Part shown: positions 40,401 through 54,734 of the stretch, piece after piece
Layout of the letters: the number at the start of each line of letters is the position of its first letter
Position numbering within the stretch: the stretch's first letter is position 1
Assembly (NCBI RefSeq): GCF_031769215.1
Contig: NW_026782022.1
Span: 62,001-126,000 of the forward strand
DNA length: 64,000 nt
Source: Ylistrum balloti
Taxonomy: Eukaryota
Reading direction: 5' to 3'
Notes under the pieces: model-generated
Database searches by the model: none
What the model saw: the letters and a program-made list of their open reading frames with translations, nothing else
What the model was told of the DNA's origin: nothing
Program-made: the position numbers and the translations under genes

Positions 40401-43400
40401 ATTTTTAAGGTGTAGTTGGTTATCACTATTTCCAGAGAAGATAAGGATGGACTTATCTTCTTAGTCCCAAGTTCTTTGTAAGATCAGAAAATCAGCATCT
40501 TTGATTTTTTTCTTTTTTAGTTTATAGACATAGAACCAATAAGGATAGCACCATGATCCCTTTTAGATATAATGTACATGCTATATGAAAATTGTATGTG
40601 TTGCAATAATGATTTTTCAGTACCCTTGGGATGTGATAACAAAAGCATGGGGTCTTGGACTCATGAACTCACACATACCAGAAAAGTATGGTAAGTGGTT
40701 TTGAAGATTCAAAGTACACAGAGAAGGTATGCCTATCAGAAATGCAGTGATCAGTGCCTTTTCACCTCTTACACTTGTTTGGTGATGACTTATAAAAGTC
40801 CTAGGTTATAAACAAACATGAAGAGGATCAGAAATCATTTTTGAAGAGATATTTTATTCCAGAAAATAGCATTATTGACAGGAAGATTTCTTCCTTGCTA
40901 GGATGCTTTTATACATTGTAATTATGGGCAATGTTGACACTGATAGTTTGAACTGTAATTTATTTTCTCAAGCATAATTCCATATAATTCGAACAGGTTC
41001 AACAATCTTTAATTGATTTTATTCAAAATGACTGAAGATTTATCATATATAAAGTTTCTTCTTGTCACTTATGAATAAAATGATATATAACTATTTACCC
41101 TTGCAGTTTTCCTATTGTCTTGTACAGTAACTTATAATAGAAGCTGAGACTTTTGATGTCATGTAGGTTGACTGGTAGGTGAACTGTGATTGATTTTCGA
41201 ATTATGATGACCTTTAAAAATGATTAGAATATGATCATTAAAGGAGATAATATAACATACTTTTTGGAATAAATATTGCAATATTTTAGTTCAGTGGTTA
41301 AAATTATAGAGTGATGCAGGGCAAACTGATGTATCCTTGCAAAGGTAAATTGCTTTACAAACTGTATACATTTTGTATTGAAAATTGTAGGTGGCCTTGG
41401 ACTGGGGATTCTGGACACTTGTGTAATAACAGAAGAACTGGCATATGGATGTACTGGTGTACAAACAGCAATAGAAGCAAATTCCCTTGGGGTAAGTTCT
41501 TTTAACATGCCATGGACTGTATGTTCATTCAAACCTGGTGCATAGACAGCCAAACAGGAGACTTTGGATTGAGTGAGACAGCAAACTGAGAGGCAGTCAC
41601 TGATACATTGTACAAATTACCAGAGATGCAAATGTTATTGTTGTCAATCTGCCTCAAGCAGGTATACAGACATTGTACTGACACCAAAAGAACTCAGGTT
41701 GTGTCTGTGTACAAACAACCTAAAAGGTAAACCCAGGGTGTGTATGTGTACAGACAACCTTAAAGGTAAACCCAGGTTGTGTATGTGTACAGACAACCTT
41801 AAAGGTAAACCCAGGTTGTGTATGTGTACAGACAACCTTAAAGGTAAACCCAGGTTGTGTATGTGTACAGACAACCTTAAAGGTAAACCCAGGTTGTGTA
41901 TGTGTACAGGCAACCTTAAACGTAAACCCAGGTTGTGTATGTGTACAGACAACCTTAAACGTAAACCCAGGTTGTGTATGTGTACAGGCAACCTTAAAGG
42001 TAAACCCAGGTTGTGTATGTGTACAGGCAACCTTAAACGTAAACCCAGGTTGTGTATGTGTACAAACAACCTAAAAGGTAAACCCAGGTTGTGTATGTGT
42101 ACAGACAACCTAAAAGGTAAACTCAAGGTTGAATAAAGTTGAACAACTACAACAAGCTGAAAATAAAAACTTCATAATAATAGCATAGCTATATATATAT
42201 ATGTGCCCCAAAAATAATTTGTTCAAAACTACTGGTAAAAAAATTTACAGATGGCTCAAGAGAGAAATGTATACTGACTAAATGATTTGTTGATTTCTTG
42301 AGACAAGAGCTCAGTGTGGTCTGTTTATTTTCTAAACTTCATTACTGGGAACTTTTTCTTTCTGATGAGGAAAAGAAGACTGCTAATGTTCAGTAATTAA
42401 TGAAAATGCAGTTAACGTATTTGCTTCATTTGAATGACTTAATCCATTTACTGAATTAATCGGAGTATATTTCATCAGTCATTCAGAATTTTTTCACTCA
42501 ATTGATTGGAAACAAATATGGTACATGTAAATGAAATGTTTAACAGTGTTACATTACGGAATTAACGTATAGCAAATGAAACCCAACAGCTAGGTTTAAA
42601 ATTCAACAATTTAATAACAACAAATAAATTCTACAGTAAAGTTACAAATATTGTGATGGTGTACAGAGCTAGCCACAAATTAATCAGAAGTCAGAGGATG
42701 GAAGTCCTCCAAATCCAGCAGAATTCATAAAAGATTGTCCCGAAAACAGGGTATCCGAAGACTGATTCAAGAATTGTTTCCTCGTTGGGTATATATAAGT
42801 GCAAGTCCACAAGGCACTATCATTGAATCACCATAAAAGTCCACACTTCACAGACTGAAGTCTCAAAGTAAACTCACTCAAGGCATTAATACTTCAAAAA
42901 GGCTGCTCAGGCTCAGTTCCATCATGTTTATATACACTAAAGGTTTCTAGAAAGTTCATTTCTAGATGATTCTAGATTAGCAGGTACCTAGCTTGTTTAC
43001 ATGTGTCTCTAGAAACTTCCAGAAACACCCAGGTAATTCTAATAACCAAGCTTTCTAGATTTAGAAACTTCCGGAAACATACAGGTCAAATAGTAACCGA
43101 GATTTCAGGAAAAATCTGCCTAGCACTATCTACACATATTGTGACAAATAATTATAAACAGGTTTTTATGTAAACAATCAATATGATACAATGCATGTAA
43201 ACACAGCACATCTGAATTTAGATTAATACACAACATTTATACATAACAACAGACACATTCATATTGATCTTTAACATGTCCTGACACTATTTCACTTATT
43301 ATAAATTTCTGTCTTTTTTTTTTTTTTAGCAAATGCCAGTGATTCTGGCTGGTAATGATGCACAACAGAAGAAATACCTTGGTCGAATGATGGAGGAGCC

Positions 43401-46400
43401 TCTGATGTGTGTAAGTGTAGGATGGTATATATAGTGTGATGTTAAGTAGAGCACCATCAAATGTGTAAATAATATATTTTAAATCATTGAATATCACTGT
43501 CGAGAATCTGTCACGACATCCCCTTTCTTTTATATTAATCAAATAAATTATGAAAACCTCCTTTTTGCGAGCAACTATCAGGCATGAGTGAAGCATTCAA
43601 AATGATTATGTATGTAGTACAGAGATAACTTAGTGGAAGATTGTTGTTTATATATGAGTAATTTACTATCATTGATTTGCCTCTTTATTTTTATTTATTG
43701 TGTAATTAATGTCACTAGATATACTGATTGGAGAACCAGTATCAAATAACATGGTCATTTATCTGTTTTTTACCTGTTTTCTTGGTTGAAATTTGACTTA
43801 ACTTGACATTATCAAAACACATTAAATTCAACATTTATGGCAATAGTTTGTAAAACAGTTTACTAATCTTCAATGATTTAAATTTTAATCAGGCCTACTG
43901 CGTGACAGAACCTGGAGCAGGTTCTGATGTGGCTGGTCTGAAGACAAAAGCTGTGAAGAAAGGAAATGATTATGTCCTAAATGGCAATAAGATGTGGATC
44001 ACCAATGGTGGTGTTGCTAATTGGTACTTTGTACTTGCCCGTACTGGAGATTCCAGTATGTCGGCTGGGAAGGCCTTCACTGGGTTCATAGTGGATGCTG
44101 ACACACCTGGGATTACTGTTGGCAGGAAGGTAGGGAAACATCTTGGTGTTAATGTAGAATGTTCTTGATGATTGTATGACCTTTGTGTATTAAATAATTA
44201 TTGCTTTTACAAGCTGAAGGACACAGTTCTGTTTTCTGCGCTCTCTGACTGAACACCAGGTGTATATTGCTTGGTTGACTACTGTAACAGTGCTCTCACA
44301 AACTCCTATATTTTGAAGTTTTGCTATAAATAATTTGCTCTTCCAAAACACATGGTATATGATTGCTCTAGTAGCAAGCTCAGGATAGCCTGTGATTTAC
44401 AGATGTTTTTCTATGAAATAGTATAAGACCTTATTTTACTGCATTAGAGAAATGCTGTATTTGATAAAAAAGATGAATTATGAAGTAAAATTTTTTTTCT
44501 TGTTTTATGTTTCTCACTCTAGGAATGGAACATGGGACAAAAGGCTTCAGATACCAGGGGAATCACATTTGAGGATGTTGTGGTGCCAGCAGAGGTAGGG
44601 ATAGACTGTATACTCAATTTGAGGCTTCATCTATACAATATCTCAAGATAGATATTGGTAAAGTTTTTGGCAATACCTCTGAAAATGTTTTCCCATTGTT
44701 TACATGTAAGTTGTATTAAAATAAGAAAATATGGAAAAATTTGAAGAAAATGAAAACGACATTATGTCATTTTAAGGAGGAAATGAATTCATGAAAGCAT
44801 GCAATTTTTGTTGTACATTTGTATAAAACAATAAACAATGAAATTGAAATATTTGAAACTTGCATTGCGTATTAAGATAAAAATGTCATAGACACAAAAC
44901 TAACAATAGTAAAACATGTGTTATTGAGTATCTATTCTGGCATGTGTGTACTATGTTGCAGAATGTCCTTACTGGAGAGGGATTTGGCTTCAAGGTTGCC
45001 ATGGGAGCCTTTGACAAGACAAGACCACCAGTGAGTACTCAACAGACTTACGTTTGTGTTAATTTCCTGCTTTAAGACTTCACCATTTAACACCTCGTTT
45101 GAAGTCTACCAAACAGTATGTGCAATTGAAACAAATCTTTATCGTGAATATTAAACTGCAAAATCTGAAATTAATAATATGTTTATTGTACGTTTTCCAT
45201 CAGGTAGCTGCAGGAGCTGTAGGTCTGGCACAGAGGGCACTTGATGAAGCAACAAAATACTCCATGGAGAGAAAAACTTTTGGAAAGCACATTTGTGAGG
45301 TAACTCTCGTTAAATAATTTGAATATTTGGTAAATTATAAATGCTTTGTAAAAATGATAGATTGATAAACAAATATAATGACATTGGTTGCTGATAGCTT
45401 GTTTGGTTTCATTGTCAGCATCAAGCTGTGGCCTTCATCTTGGCTGACATGGTGATAGGTGTGGAGACTGCTCGCCTGGCCACATATCGGTCAGCTTGGG
45501 AGATTGACCAGGGTAGACGCAACACATATTATGCCTCCATAGCAAAGGCCCTAGCTGGAGATGTAGCAAATAAAGCTGCTGCAGATGCTGTACAGGTAAG
45601 TGACATTGTCTAAAGAAGTGTGGCAAGCTATATACATGTGAGTGGAAAGTTGTCTATACGTGAATGGAAAGTTGTCTACAGGTGAGTGGAAAGTTGTCTA
45701 CATGTGAATGCAAGGTGTCAACAGGTGAATGCAAGGTGTCTACAGGTGAATGCAAGGTGTCAACAGGTGAATGCAAGGTGTCTACAGGTGAATGCAAGGT
45801 GTCTATAGGTGAGTGGAAAGTTGTCTGCAGTTGAATGCAAGGTGTCTACAGGTGAATGCAAGGTGTCTACATGTGAATGCAAGGTGTCTACAGGTGAATG
45901 CAAGGTGTCTACAGGTGAATGCAAGGTGTCTATAGGTGAGTGGAAAGTTGTCTACAGGTGAGTGGAAAGTTGTCTACATGTGAATGCAAGGTGTCAACAG
46001 GTGAATGCAAGGTGTCTACAGGTGAATGCAAGGTGTCTATAGGTGAGTGGAAAGTTGTCTGCAGTTGAATGCAAGGTGTCTACAGGTGAATGCAAGGTGT
46101 CTACATGTGAATGCAAGGTGTCTACAGGTGAATGCAAGGTGTCTATAGGTGAGTGGAAAGTTGTCTATAGGTGAGTGGAAAGTTGTCTACAGTTGAATGC
46201 AAGGTGTCTACATGCATGTGTCAAGTTGTCTGCAAATAAGTGGCAGCATATAAACAGCAGAGTAACAAGTGTGCAGGTGATCAGCATGTTGTGTACAGGT
46301 TTAGAAGTGGTCGGCTGTGTATAGATGAGTGGCAGGTTGTGTACAGATGAGTGACTAGCCGTGTTAAGGTGAGTAAGTGATGGGCTGTATTAGGGTGAGT

Positions 46401-47152
46401 GAGTGAGTTGCTCTGTACAGGTGAGTTTCTGGCTTTGTACTGACGAGTGCCTGGATGTGTACAAGTGAGATGGAGACCATAGAATTGAATAAATGGCAGA
46501 ATGTGAAAAGTTGAGTTGTAAATTGTGTATCTGTGAGGAGACTGCACAAGTGAGTGGCAGACAAGTTGTAAGTTGTGTACAGGAATGAAAATAATCAGTT
46601 CATGTTGTCAATGGAAATAGTTATGAAAGGCAATATTTACAATTGAATGTTTTTATTTCCTTACCACAGATATTTGGTGGAAATGGTTTCAACTCAGAAT
46701 ACCCTGTTGAAAAATTAATGAGGGATGCAAAAATTTATCAGGTAGGTATCTTCAAATCACAGACTTGTTAAAATGATGAACCTAAAACATGTATTACTTG
46801 TGAGTCTGTGTATATTGTACAAAGTTTGAATAAGACTTTTTCTGACAGCATTTGGACTTAGGGGTCAGCGACAATTTGTAGTTGGGTTTGCTGGAAATGA
46901 AAAGAGATTTATTTCCAGACAAATATTACAGAGTTTCAAATGGTATCAAATTACAAGTACCCGGTATGCAAGTATTTAAAAGGTTAATCTAGATTAAACT
47001 AAGAATAGGTATTGACTTGCTTGTTACACTCAATAAAACATGAACTAAAAACCAGATTACTTGTGCTTTTTCAGATCTACGAGGGGACTGCTCAGATCCA
47101 GAGGGTGATAATATCAAGGGAACATCTCACGACAGCTAAACAGTCAATGTAA
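37473..47152 (+). CDS. ACADM: Medium-chain acyl-CoA dehydrogenase, mitochondrial, 425 aa, complete
   Basis: Motifs [43 protein letters not shown], and catalytic [14 protein letters not shown]. Exons: 37473-37493, 39320-39425, 39656-39753, 40621-40690, 41391-41491, 43330-43410, 43893-44129, 44523-44594, 44962-45030, 45204-45299, 45419-45595, 46670-46741, 47075-47152 (1278 nt, open frame). AATAAA at 47413. Confidence 0.96.
41690..42128. repeat. 39-bp minisatellite (~11 copies) in ACADM intron 5
   Basis: Unit AAAGGTAAACCCAGGTTGTGTATGTGTACAGACAACCTT; 13-codon periodicity in ORFs 41573..42136 and 41644..42126. Confidence 0.95.
42652..43146 (-). mobile_element. Solo LTR (~495 bp), antisense in ACADM intron 5
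   Basis: TGT...ACA termini; flanks AATAT / AATAA (near-perfect 5-bp TSD); minus-strand GTATATAAA TATA box at 42927-42935 with a GAAnnTTC cluster upstream; no internal coding sequence. Confidence 0.7.
45587..46585 (+). repeat. 21-bp minisatellite (TGTCTACAG|GTGAGTGGAAAGT and TGTCTACAG|GTGAATGCAAGG variants) starting at the ACADM exon 11 donor; core 45640-46210, degenerate tail to ~46585
   Basis: Direct reading. The unit matches the real junction CTGTACAG|GTAAGTG. Confidence 0.9.
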
Positions 47153-48864
47153 AAACTTTATACAGAGTACAAGGCTTTTGTGAAGTGATTTGATTAATTT
47201 CATTTACATATGATTTGATTAAGAAATTTCATTTTGAGAAGTCCAAGAACAAAGTATAAACTTTTGTATATGCAGCAGTAGTTACCTTTTACCATATAGG
47301 CAATACTCAGGTTTGGACATTTCAGTCGTATATACTCAAGGAAGAAGTTTCTGAACATGTTGATGTATAGAAATTCTTTTAATTACCTGTATTCATTGGT
47401 GATTTACCTTACAATAAAACAATCAATTGGCCTTTAAGCTCCCCCGTCACAGTTTTTCCCTTAAGTGAAAATCGGTTTGAGGGTGTGTGATGCTGAGAGT
47501 GTAGCTGATACAAGGAGACTTGACGTATTCTTAGAAATGTTACAAATGAAAATCTTATACGGGTATTGTCTTCCTGCTGATTTCATAGAGGTGAGAAGCA
47601 CCAGCTGAGGATAATAGTATTTCTATAAATTTGTGGGTTGTGTTTGTGATGAGAAGAATATTCTTGAAAGATACTCAGCATCTGTACAATCAGTCATACA
47701 AATAAAAAAAATCAAAATTTCCTTTTCTAGGCAAGCAAAAATTGTTACTATGAAGCAAAATGTGCCATAGTATATTAGCACTAAATGAATACAGACCCAG
47801 TATTTCTGTAAAATGCAATATGTAATTTATTTAATGTTTGATTTAAAGACAAAGTTTGCTCAATCAGGAATTTTCTGTGTTTAATAAAAAAAAATCAAAG
47901 AATTTGGCTTTTGTACACAAGATTGACTTGGACTAGTTTTTGAGAATGGTATAGGTATACTTATCATAACTGTTTTATGTCATAATCGATATCAGTTTTG
48001 TGAAATAAATTGATTAATATACTTGATTTTTGCTTTTTTAAATTTGTTTTGGCAACAAAGTCGACAAGGGATGTTGAAATTGGCTCCATGTATCCATTAT
48101 TGATAACTGTGATTTGTATCTGAGAGACTATAAGCAGCACAGAGGTCATACTTGCATCGTACTTAAGACAAACTATGTAGCTATATAAAACTTCACCATG
48201 GAAAGTTAATGATAAAGCCTGCAACCATGTTATATTTGGATGTTTATCTGTGAAGGATGTTTGTTCAGCTTACTCGCAAAAGCTGTTCTGTAGAAACATG
48301 GTGCACAGGATCTTATTTCAATAAGTTGTGTCCATTCGATTTATTTTTCATTTTGATCCATTTCTTACAAGTTATGACCCTTCTATGATATCCTACGTAA
48401 TTCTATAGGCTCCTTAATCAATCAACACTAGAAATCAAGATCTTATCACCTAAAAATTGTCTTAAAGTAGAAAATATCTTAATACTTGCTCACAGGCTTT
48501 ACTTATTATTACACAAATGTAAACAAGCATACAATCTGAAAGTCAGCCTATTTTTAAGATATCGTAAGTGCTTTAAAAGTTCAACAAAATTCCCTCAAGA
48601 AGTGAGGCTGCCAGTGTGCTGAAAAAATTATGTACAGGTATCTACAGGAAATCTATAGAGCTATCCCCCCACCCCTCACCCATTTGTACTATTAGGGGAC
48701 TAATAAATACCCCAACTTCAAATGGTAATGGTGTCCTTGCCCTTTGCACCCTTTGATCTAAACTTACTAATTCTCAGATATTGCCATTACTCAAAGCATA
48801 GTTGTTTTTGTCAAAATTATCAGACAAGAAGATAGGATGCAACAGGATGGGAAGGATTACTTTA

Positions 48865-49050
48865 CACTGAATGTAAACTTTACCTACTTTACAACAACTG
48901 CCAAGTGTGAAGTAAACTTTACCTACTTTACAACAACTGCCAAGTGTGAAGTAAGTTTTACCTACTTTACAATAACTGCCAAGTGTGAAGTAAACTTTAC
49001 CTACTTTACAACAACTGCCAAGTGTGAAGTAAACTTTACCTACTTTACAA
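48865..49050. repeat. 39-bp minisatellite (~4.5 copies), intergenic
   Basis: 13-codon periodicity in ORFs 48774..49064 and 48837..49106. Confidence 0.92.
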
Positions 49051-49084
49051 CAACTACCAAACAAATTATTCCAACTGTATATGT

Positions 49085-49262
49085 ATCACTCATGGCCAAG
49101 ATCTAAGTGTATGAGGGGTTTTATTGTGGGAGGAAACCAGAATACATGTGTAAAACCCATGAGGTGCGGCAGGTAACCCCTTACATTTTCACATCCGTTA
49201 CTGGAATAAAAAACGGGTAGGTGATGGGCAAACATGTTACCACTGCACAAACCAACCATCCA
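49085..49262 (-). mobile_element. Older, degenerate copy of a SINE with the same core
   Basis: GTGGGAGGAAACCAGAATACATGTGTAAAACCCA (~49125-49159) is the reverse complement of the core. A tRNA-like head (GGTTTGTGCAGTGGTAA) lies near 49250 on the minus strand. Confidence 0.6.
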
Positions 49263-52200
49263 GTAAGTACACCTGCCCACACATAAAATGGCAGAGAAAT
49301 GAAAAACAAATTTAAAGTTCCTTAACACAGATTTATTCATGAAGTTAAGAAATCACAATGCTTCCTGGTCATATAAATGCTGAATTACCACTTTCCACAA
49401 ATGATAAACATCTTTCTTTGCTGACTGAAATGTGCCATTGTTTAACAATCTACAGTTAAAGCATTAAAATCACATTACAACATACCAACACTCTTCCTTT
49501 CCTACCAAATCAGAATACTTTATGAAAGTCATGCTTTTTCAACAAATAATGATAATAATTGATTTACAGTGTAGAATTATACGAGGATATTTCCATGGCT
49601 ATTTGGATCACATATCACATATAGATGACTGGGCTTTCTGACTTCCTTTATATAAGCACACACTCCAGTAAAAAAACACAGCAGGGTCATACTAATACAT
49701 AGTAGGCTTTTATATACAAAATAAGGTTGTTTAAGTTCTATATCATCCAACATCTATTCAGTAATGTGTCGGAAACTGCTTCTATATTTTCCTTCATTAT
49801 ATGACAGATTTCTAATATCTAATGATGATTGTAAATTTGAAATTTAAAAACTGCTGTTTACCTTGTGAAAATGGTCTGCTTATCACCAAGTACTACAATT
49901 ACAGAGGCTATGTCTATGAAAAAAGATAAATGAAATTTGGAAGAAAATGTCAAAATCTGAAAATGTCATATATATATTAAACAGAAATTAATTTACGGTA
50001 CAAAAAGTATTGCAGAGAAAAGTAAGAAATTTCTTCTCTCTGAGGAATGTTTTATATCATGAAACCATCAACACATGTAGATATAGAATATAATGCTCTT
50101 TTGATATTTATTTTCAAATCAGAAAGCTGAAAAACATTGTGTTCTTGATTATAAATCACTTTTTTGAAATATTTTGTAATGTGGCATTGTGCTCTGCTAA
50201 AAGTATGAAGTCAAGACTCATTTTAAGAAATGTTCCTGATTTGGGAGTGTCACAACTGATAAGCATTTATTTACAAATGAAGCAGCAAACAATAAAATGA
50301 GATGTAATAACTGAACCAGCAGTTAAAAAACAAAGATTCAACAAAAAATCCCACTGGACAAACAAACAAAAAAGAAAAAAACCCAGAGAAAATTGAAATA
50401 TATTACATACCTAGAATACTTACAAAATCCACACAGCCACATATATGGAGTTTACGGTGAATATGACATCCAGAAAATGCCATAATGTACCAAGTAATAC
50501 ACCAACATTAATATGGCTATATGAAATATAAGTAAATGTAATATTATGTACAACAACATTAAACAATAACAAGACAAGGCCAGCATATTGACATATAAAC
50601 ATGTATTCTATTATATTGATAATATTTCATCTTTGATAAATAAATTTGTCTAGATTTAACATTTTCATACCAGGAACAGCTTGCATCACTGACTTCCAGC
50701 CAAGGAATATATGATGTCAATTCAGCTTGTTGGCAAAATCAAAAGGCATAATGTGACAATGTTTGAATGCATTGCATAAAAAATTATACTGTCCATTCCA
50801 CTTTTAGTTGTCTGATGTAATTAGATCATCTAGGACACATTGTATGAGTGACAGGCACTGAGGTAGAAACAAAACTAATCCTACTGTAGTATGGTAAAAT
50901 TAAGGAATACAACCAATAAAGATGATCATTATGCCCAGTGGAGATAAGTCACCATGCTGGTTAACTTATAATTTTACCGATAATCAACAAATGCTTCCAA
51001 AATATGGTGAATCTAGCACAAATTTGAAATTACAAATCATTATAAATTCCACTACAATACACACAAATGTAATTATTATGTTTGAAATATGGCATAAAAC
51101 TTTTATTTTCGCTGAAAAATAAACTCAATATCTGTGTGCAGTGTCTATATAATTTCAACTAAATTTCGCTATTTAAAGCATTATTATCACTATAAAAAAT
51201 ACACTTATGCAAGCCAACTAATTACTTAAAGGAAACTTAATGAAAATTAAAAAATAAATGACATCTTAGTAGTCCAGATTTTCTTTGGCAACTATCGATG
51301 TCAATTCTTGTACTAATTTACTGTATTCACCTTTAACCAATAGTTGAAGGTAAAAGTGATATTATTACAAAGTAGTGTTCTTTTTGTGTGGGTGATGCTG
51401 CATCTTTGATATACTAAAGTTAAAGACTAGACAAGATTGAAAACTTGACCTTATTATTTGACCTTTAACTTGGAGGTAAAGAACAAGCACCAACATGTCA
51501 ATAGGTCATAGTTACACTGCAGTGCAATTCTGTGGGCGACACAAATGTAAGAAATTTGTGCAGGGATACAGAGAAAGCTAGAGAGTTGATGTTATATCTG
51601 GTTCTACACAGTTTATGTTCATACATTATACCTGATTTTTTTTCATGGAAGACAGTTTACCTGAAAACTATAGATACAACATCTGTGTCAAACTTAATGC
51701 AATTTAAATGAAGTCTGCTTCGGAACAATTTGACATTTTTTTGTTTTATACTTTATTCAGATATTTATTCAAGAGAAAGAAAAATAACCTAAAAATTACC
51801 TGCATTTCTTACTGATATGTCTTAAAAATTCAAATAACAATCCTTTTTTCCTCAATTTTCCCAAAATTTGCCATAGAGTTGAAATATCTTTGATTTGGTT
51901 TTATACATACGTAAGTGATATCTGATTCAGATACATTTTGTCATGTGTATAAAATATCATATTCTTCTTTTTTATATACACCTGGACATAAATTAGGGAC
52001 TTTCAATTTGAGAATGAATGTTTAAATTTGAACCTTTTTTTTCCTTCCATGCAAATAAACCATGTCAAGACTTCTTGCAGTGCCTGCTTTTTTTGTTTCG
52101 TTCCATATGCCACAAAGCAATACACTCAACTTAAAGATTAAACTGGGGTACCCCATAATCTAACAAAATGCATTTGCTTTTCCCTCTAAAGCAGTGTTTG

Positions 52201-54734
52201 TTAATTTAATAATGATTAATCATACACATGCTCCTTGTATTTGAAAATGTCACATTGAAATTTGACATATGCTGAAAGATGACGAGCTTCTGGAAATGTT
52301 CAAGGCAGTATGACATACAAGCAATTAGCTGCACATTTAAATGTCAGCCATACTGTTTCTCTATTTCTCAATTAATGCAGCTCTGAACCAAACCGGCATG
52401 TTGGTGAGCATCCCAGGTCTGTTAAACCTCATCAGTCTTCAGATAGGGAAGATAGAATTCTTTGTAGACAGGCAAGGCAAGCCCCAATCATCAATGTCAA
52501 TAGGTTCAGAGGACAGTGAGATGTCACTGCTGGTGTAAGCATGCATTCCATCAATAGTCATTTGAACATTAGACAATTTCACTCCTGCCAACCAGTAAAA
52601 CATCCCCTATTGATTGAAAGCACAAACAAGCAAGAATGTAATTGGCATGTGAACACTAGACACGGAATATAAGGTCTTGGTGAAGAGTCCACTGGTCTGA
52701 TGAAGTTACTTTTCATTTTTTCTGACAGACGACAAGGTTCATGTTTGAGACCAAGAAATACAGCATACCATCAGGATCACATTCTGCGTACAACAGCATC
52801 TGGTGGGTGCGATATTAATGTTTTGGGATGCTTTTTTCCAAACTATATGATTTGTTACATGTCCTTCATGGAACATTAAATGGCAGAAGTACCATGTGAG
52901 ATCCTTAGTTCTGCATTTTGATGCATATCCATTGGCAGATCGAATGATCCTTATAGATGACAATACAAATACAGCAATATTAAGCCCAATCTAAGTTATG
53001 GGTAGTCCCTAATTTATGACCAGGCATATATTATTTACAGTAGTGAATTCAAAGCTCTAGAAATATTTTCAATCAATTCATTTAAATATATTGTGGATCA
53101 TCTTTCTATCATCAAAAATGTTTATGTTGCAATATCACTATTTTATTAGCATCTAAGTATATAAAAATATCTATTACTGGTAATGAATCTTACTGGTAAC
53201 CGTGTCCACACAATAACAGTAATTACTGTGTATGATATAACTGACAGAAACATAGTAGTTCCTAAACATTTCAGTGCCATACATTATTCAGTTGCTAATT
53301 GATGTTGTTATTTCCTCTTTCAAGATTCTATCAAACAGTTGTATATGCCATTGGAAAGATCTAAAAAAAGTACTGTTTCCATAAAGCATTCTGACCTCTT
53401 ATACTGGGTCACATTCGAAAGGATACTAGATTTGTCAGTAAAAACTGCAAAAAAACTAATCATATTCAGAAAAATAAATAACATGTAAACAGTTTAAACC
53501 TTCAATTTATCCTATTGCATAACATATCTGTTAGGGTGATAGTTTCACATTCTGGGATTACCTTAAGATAATTTTAACTTCTAGTCATATATTGATTACT
53601 AATTGGTTATTTACTTAAAAATTATTCTAACAATAAAATGATAAGGAAATACAAATAATTTTCATTTTGAGTATTGTAAACATTAATATAGTATATTTTG
53701 TACCTACATCACAAGTAAAAAATGTTCCCAATATAAATTTATAATATTTATTTATATTTACATACAATATTGAAGATACTATACTAAGAGCAAGAGACCA
53801 TGAGTCATGTCAGTAACATTTGAGATCCCCCATTTAAATTCTTTTCATGTCAAATGTCAGTAAAAATATGAAATAAATGATTGACATATAAGTAAAAGTT
53901 TCTGTAAACTCTATTTCCCCAAATAGCTGTAAATCATTAGTGACCCATAAAATATTTCAATGTGATAAGATATCATCAGCAAAAGTAATGTTTTATGTTT
54001 AAATATCAGGATCATTATCATAACAATATTGTCTTTTTGACGATACTATAGAAGTTTGTTAAGAATGAATGTAGGTAAATGGCCCCGTTAATCAAAGTTT
54101 TAATAGCTGTACACTTAAGAATGAAATAACAGAAGAAAGTTGATATAAAAAAATATCTGTCAGCAGTTTACTTGTCATATATTTTCCAATGAATTTCAAA
54201 ATGCTGTCACTTTATTTAATTTCTATCCATTACTATACTTGTGAAACAACTCAGGTTTCTCAAGAAATCTGATTTTTTTCCTGTGATGCTCATCACACAC
54301 TAAATGGTAACCATATTCACTTCATTCTTTTCTAGTTTAAAGTGAAAAAAACACAATGTCATGGCTTCATATAGCTTGTCTTAATCCTGACTTCAAGATA
54401 ACTTCAGTATATCCACAGTCACTTGATAAAGCAATTTGTTGTCATATACAGAATTACAATGATATATCCAGTGACACTAGAGATAACTACCAGTAACTAC
54501 CATGATATTTACTGTTGATATCACAGACAAAAGTGATCCCTTCAATGGCACACTTTATCAACATATTCTCTATACTCCTCTATTGAAATAATTTTCAAAT
54601 TTCCTTAAGACAAACAATATTTGTTCACTAAATATAAAAATGTTTACATTTTTACGATCATATTACAACAAACATTCATATCATTGTATGCAAATGAAAA
54701 AAAAAAAGAGAGAGAGATACATGTAAAATAATCA

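Noticed and set aside
52140-53020. Possible decayed DNA transposon with weak inverted ends
   Set aside because: End similarity is only loose, with no TSD and no catalytic motif identified.
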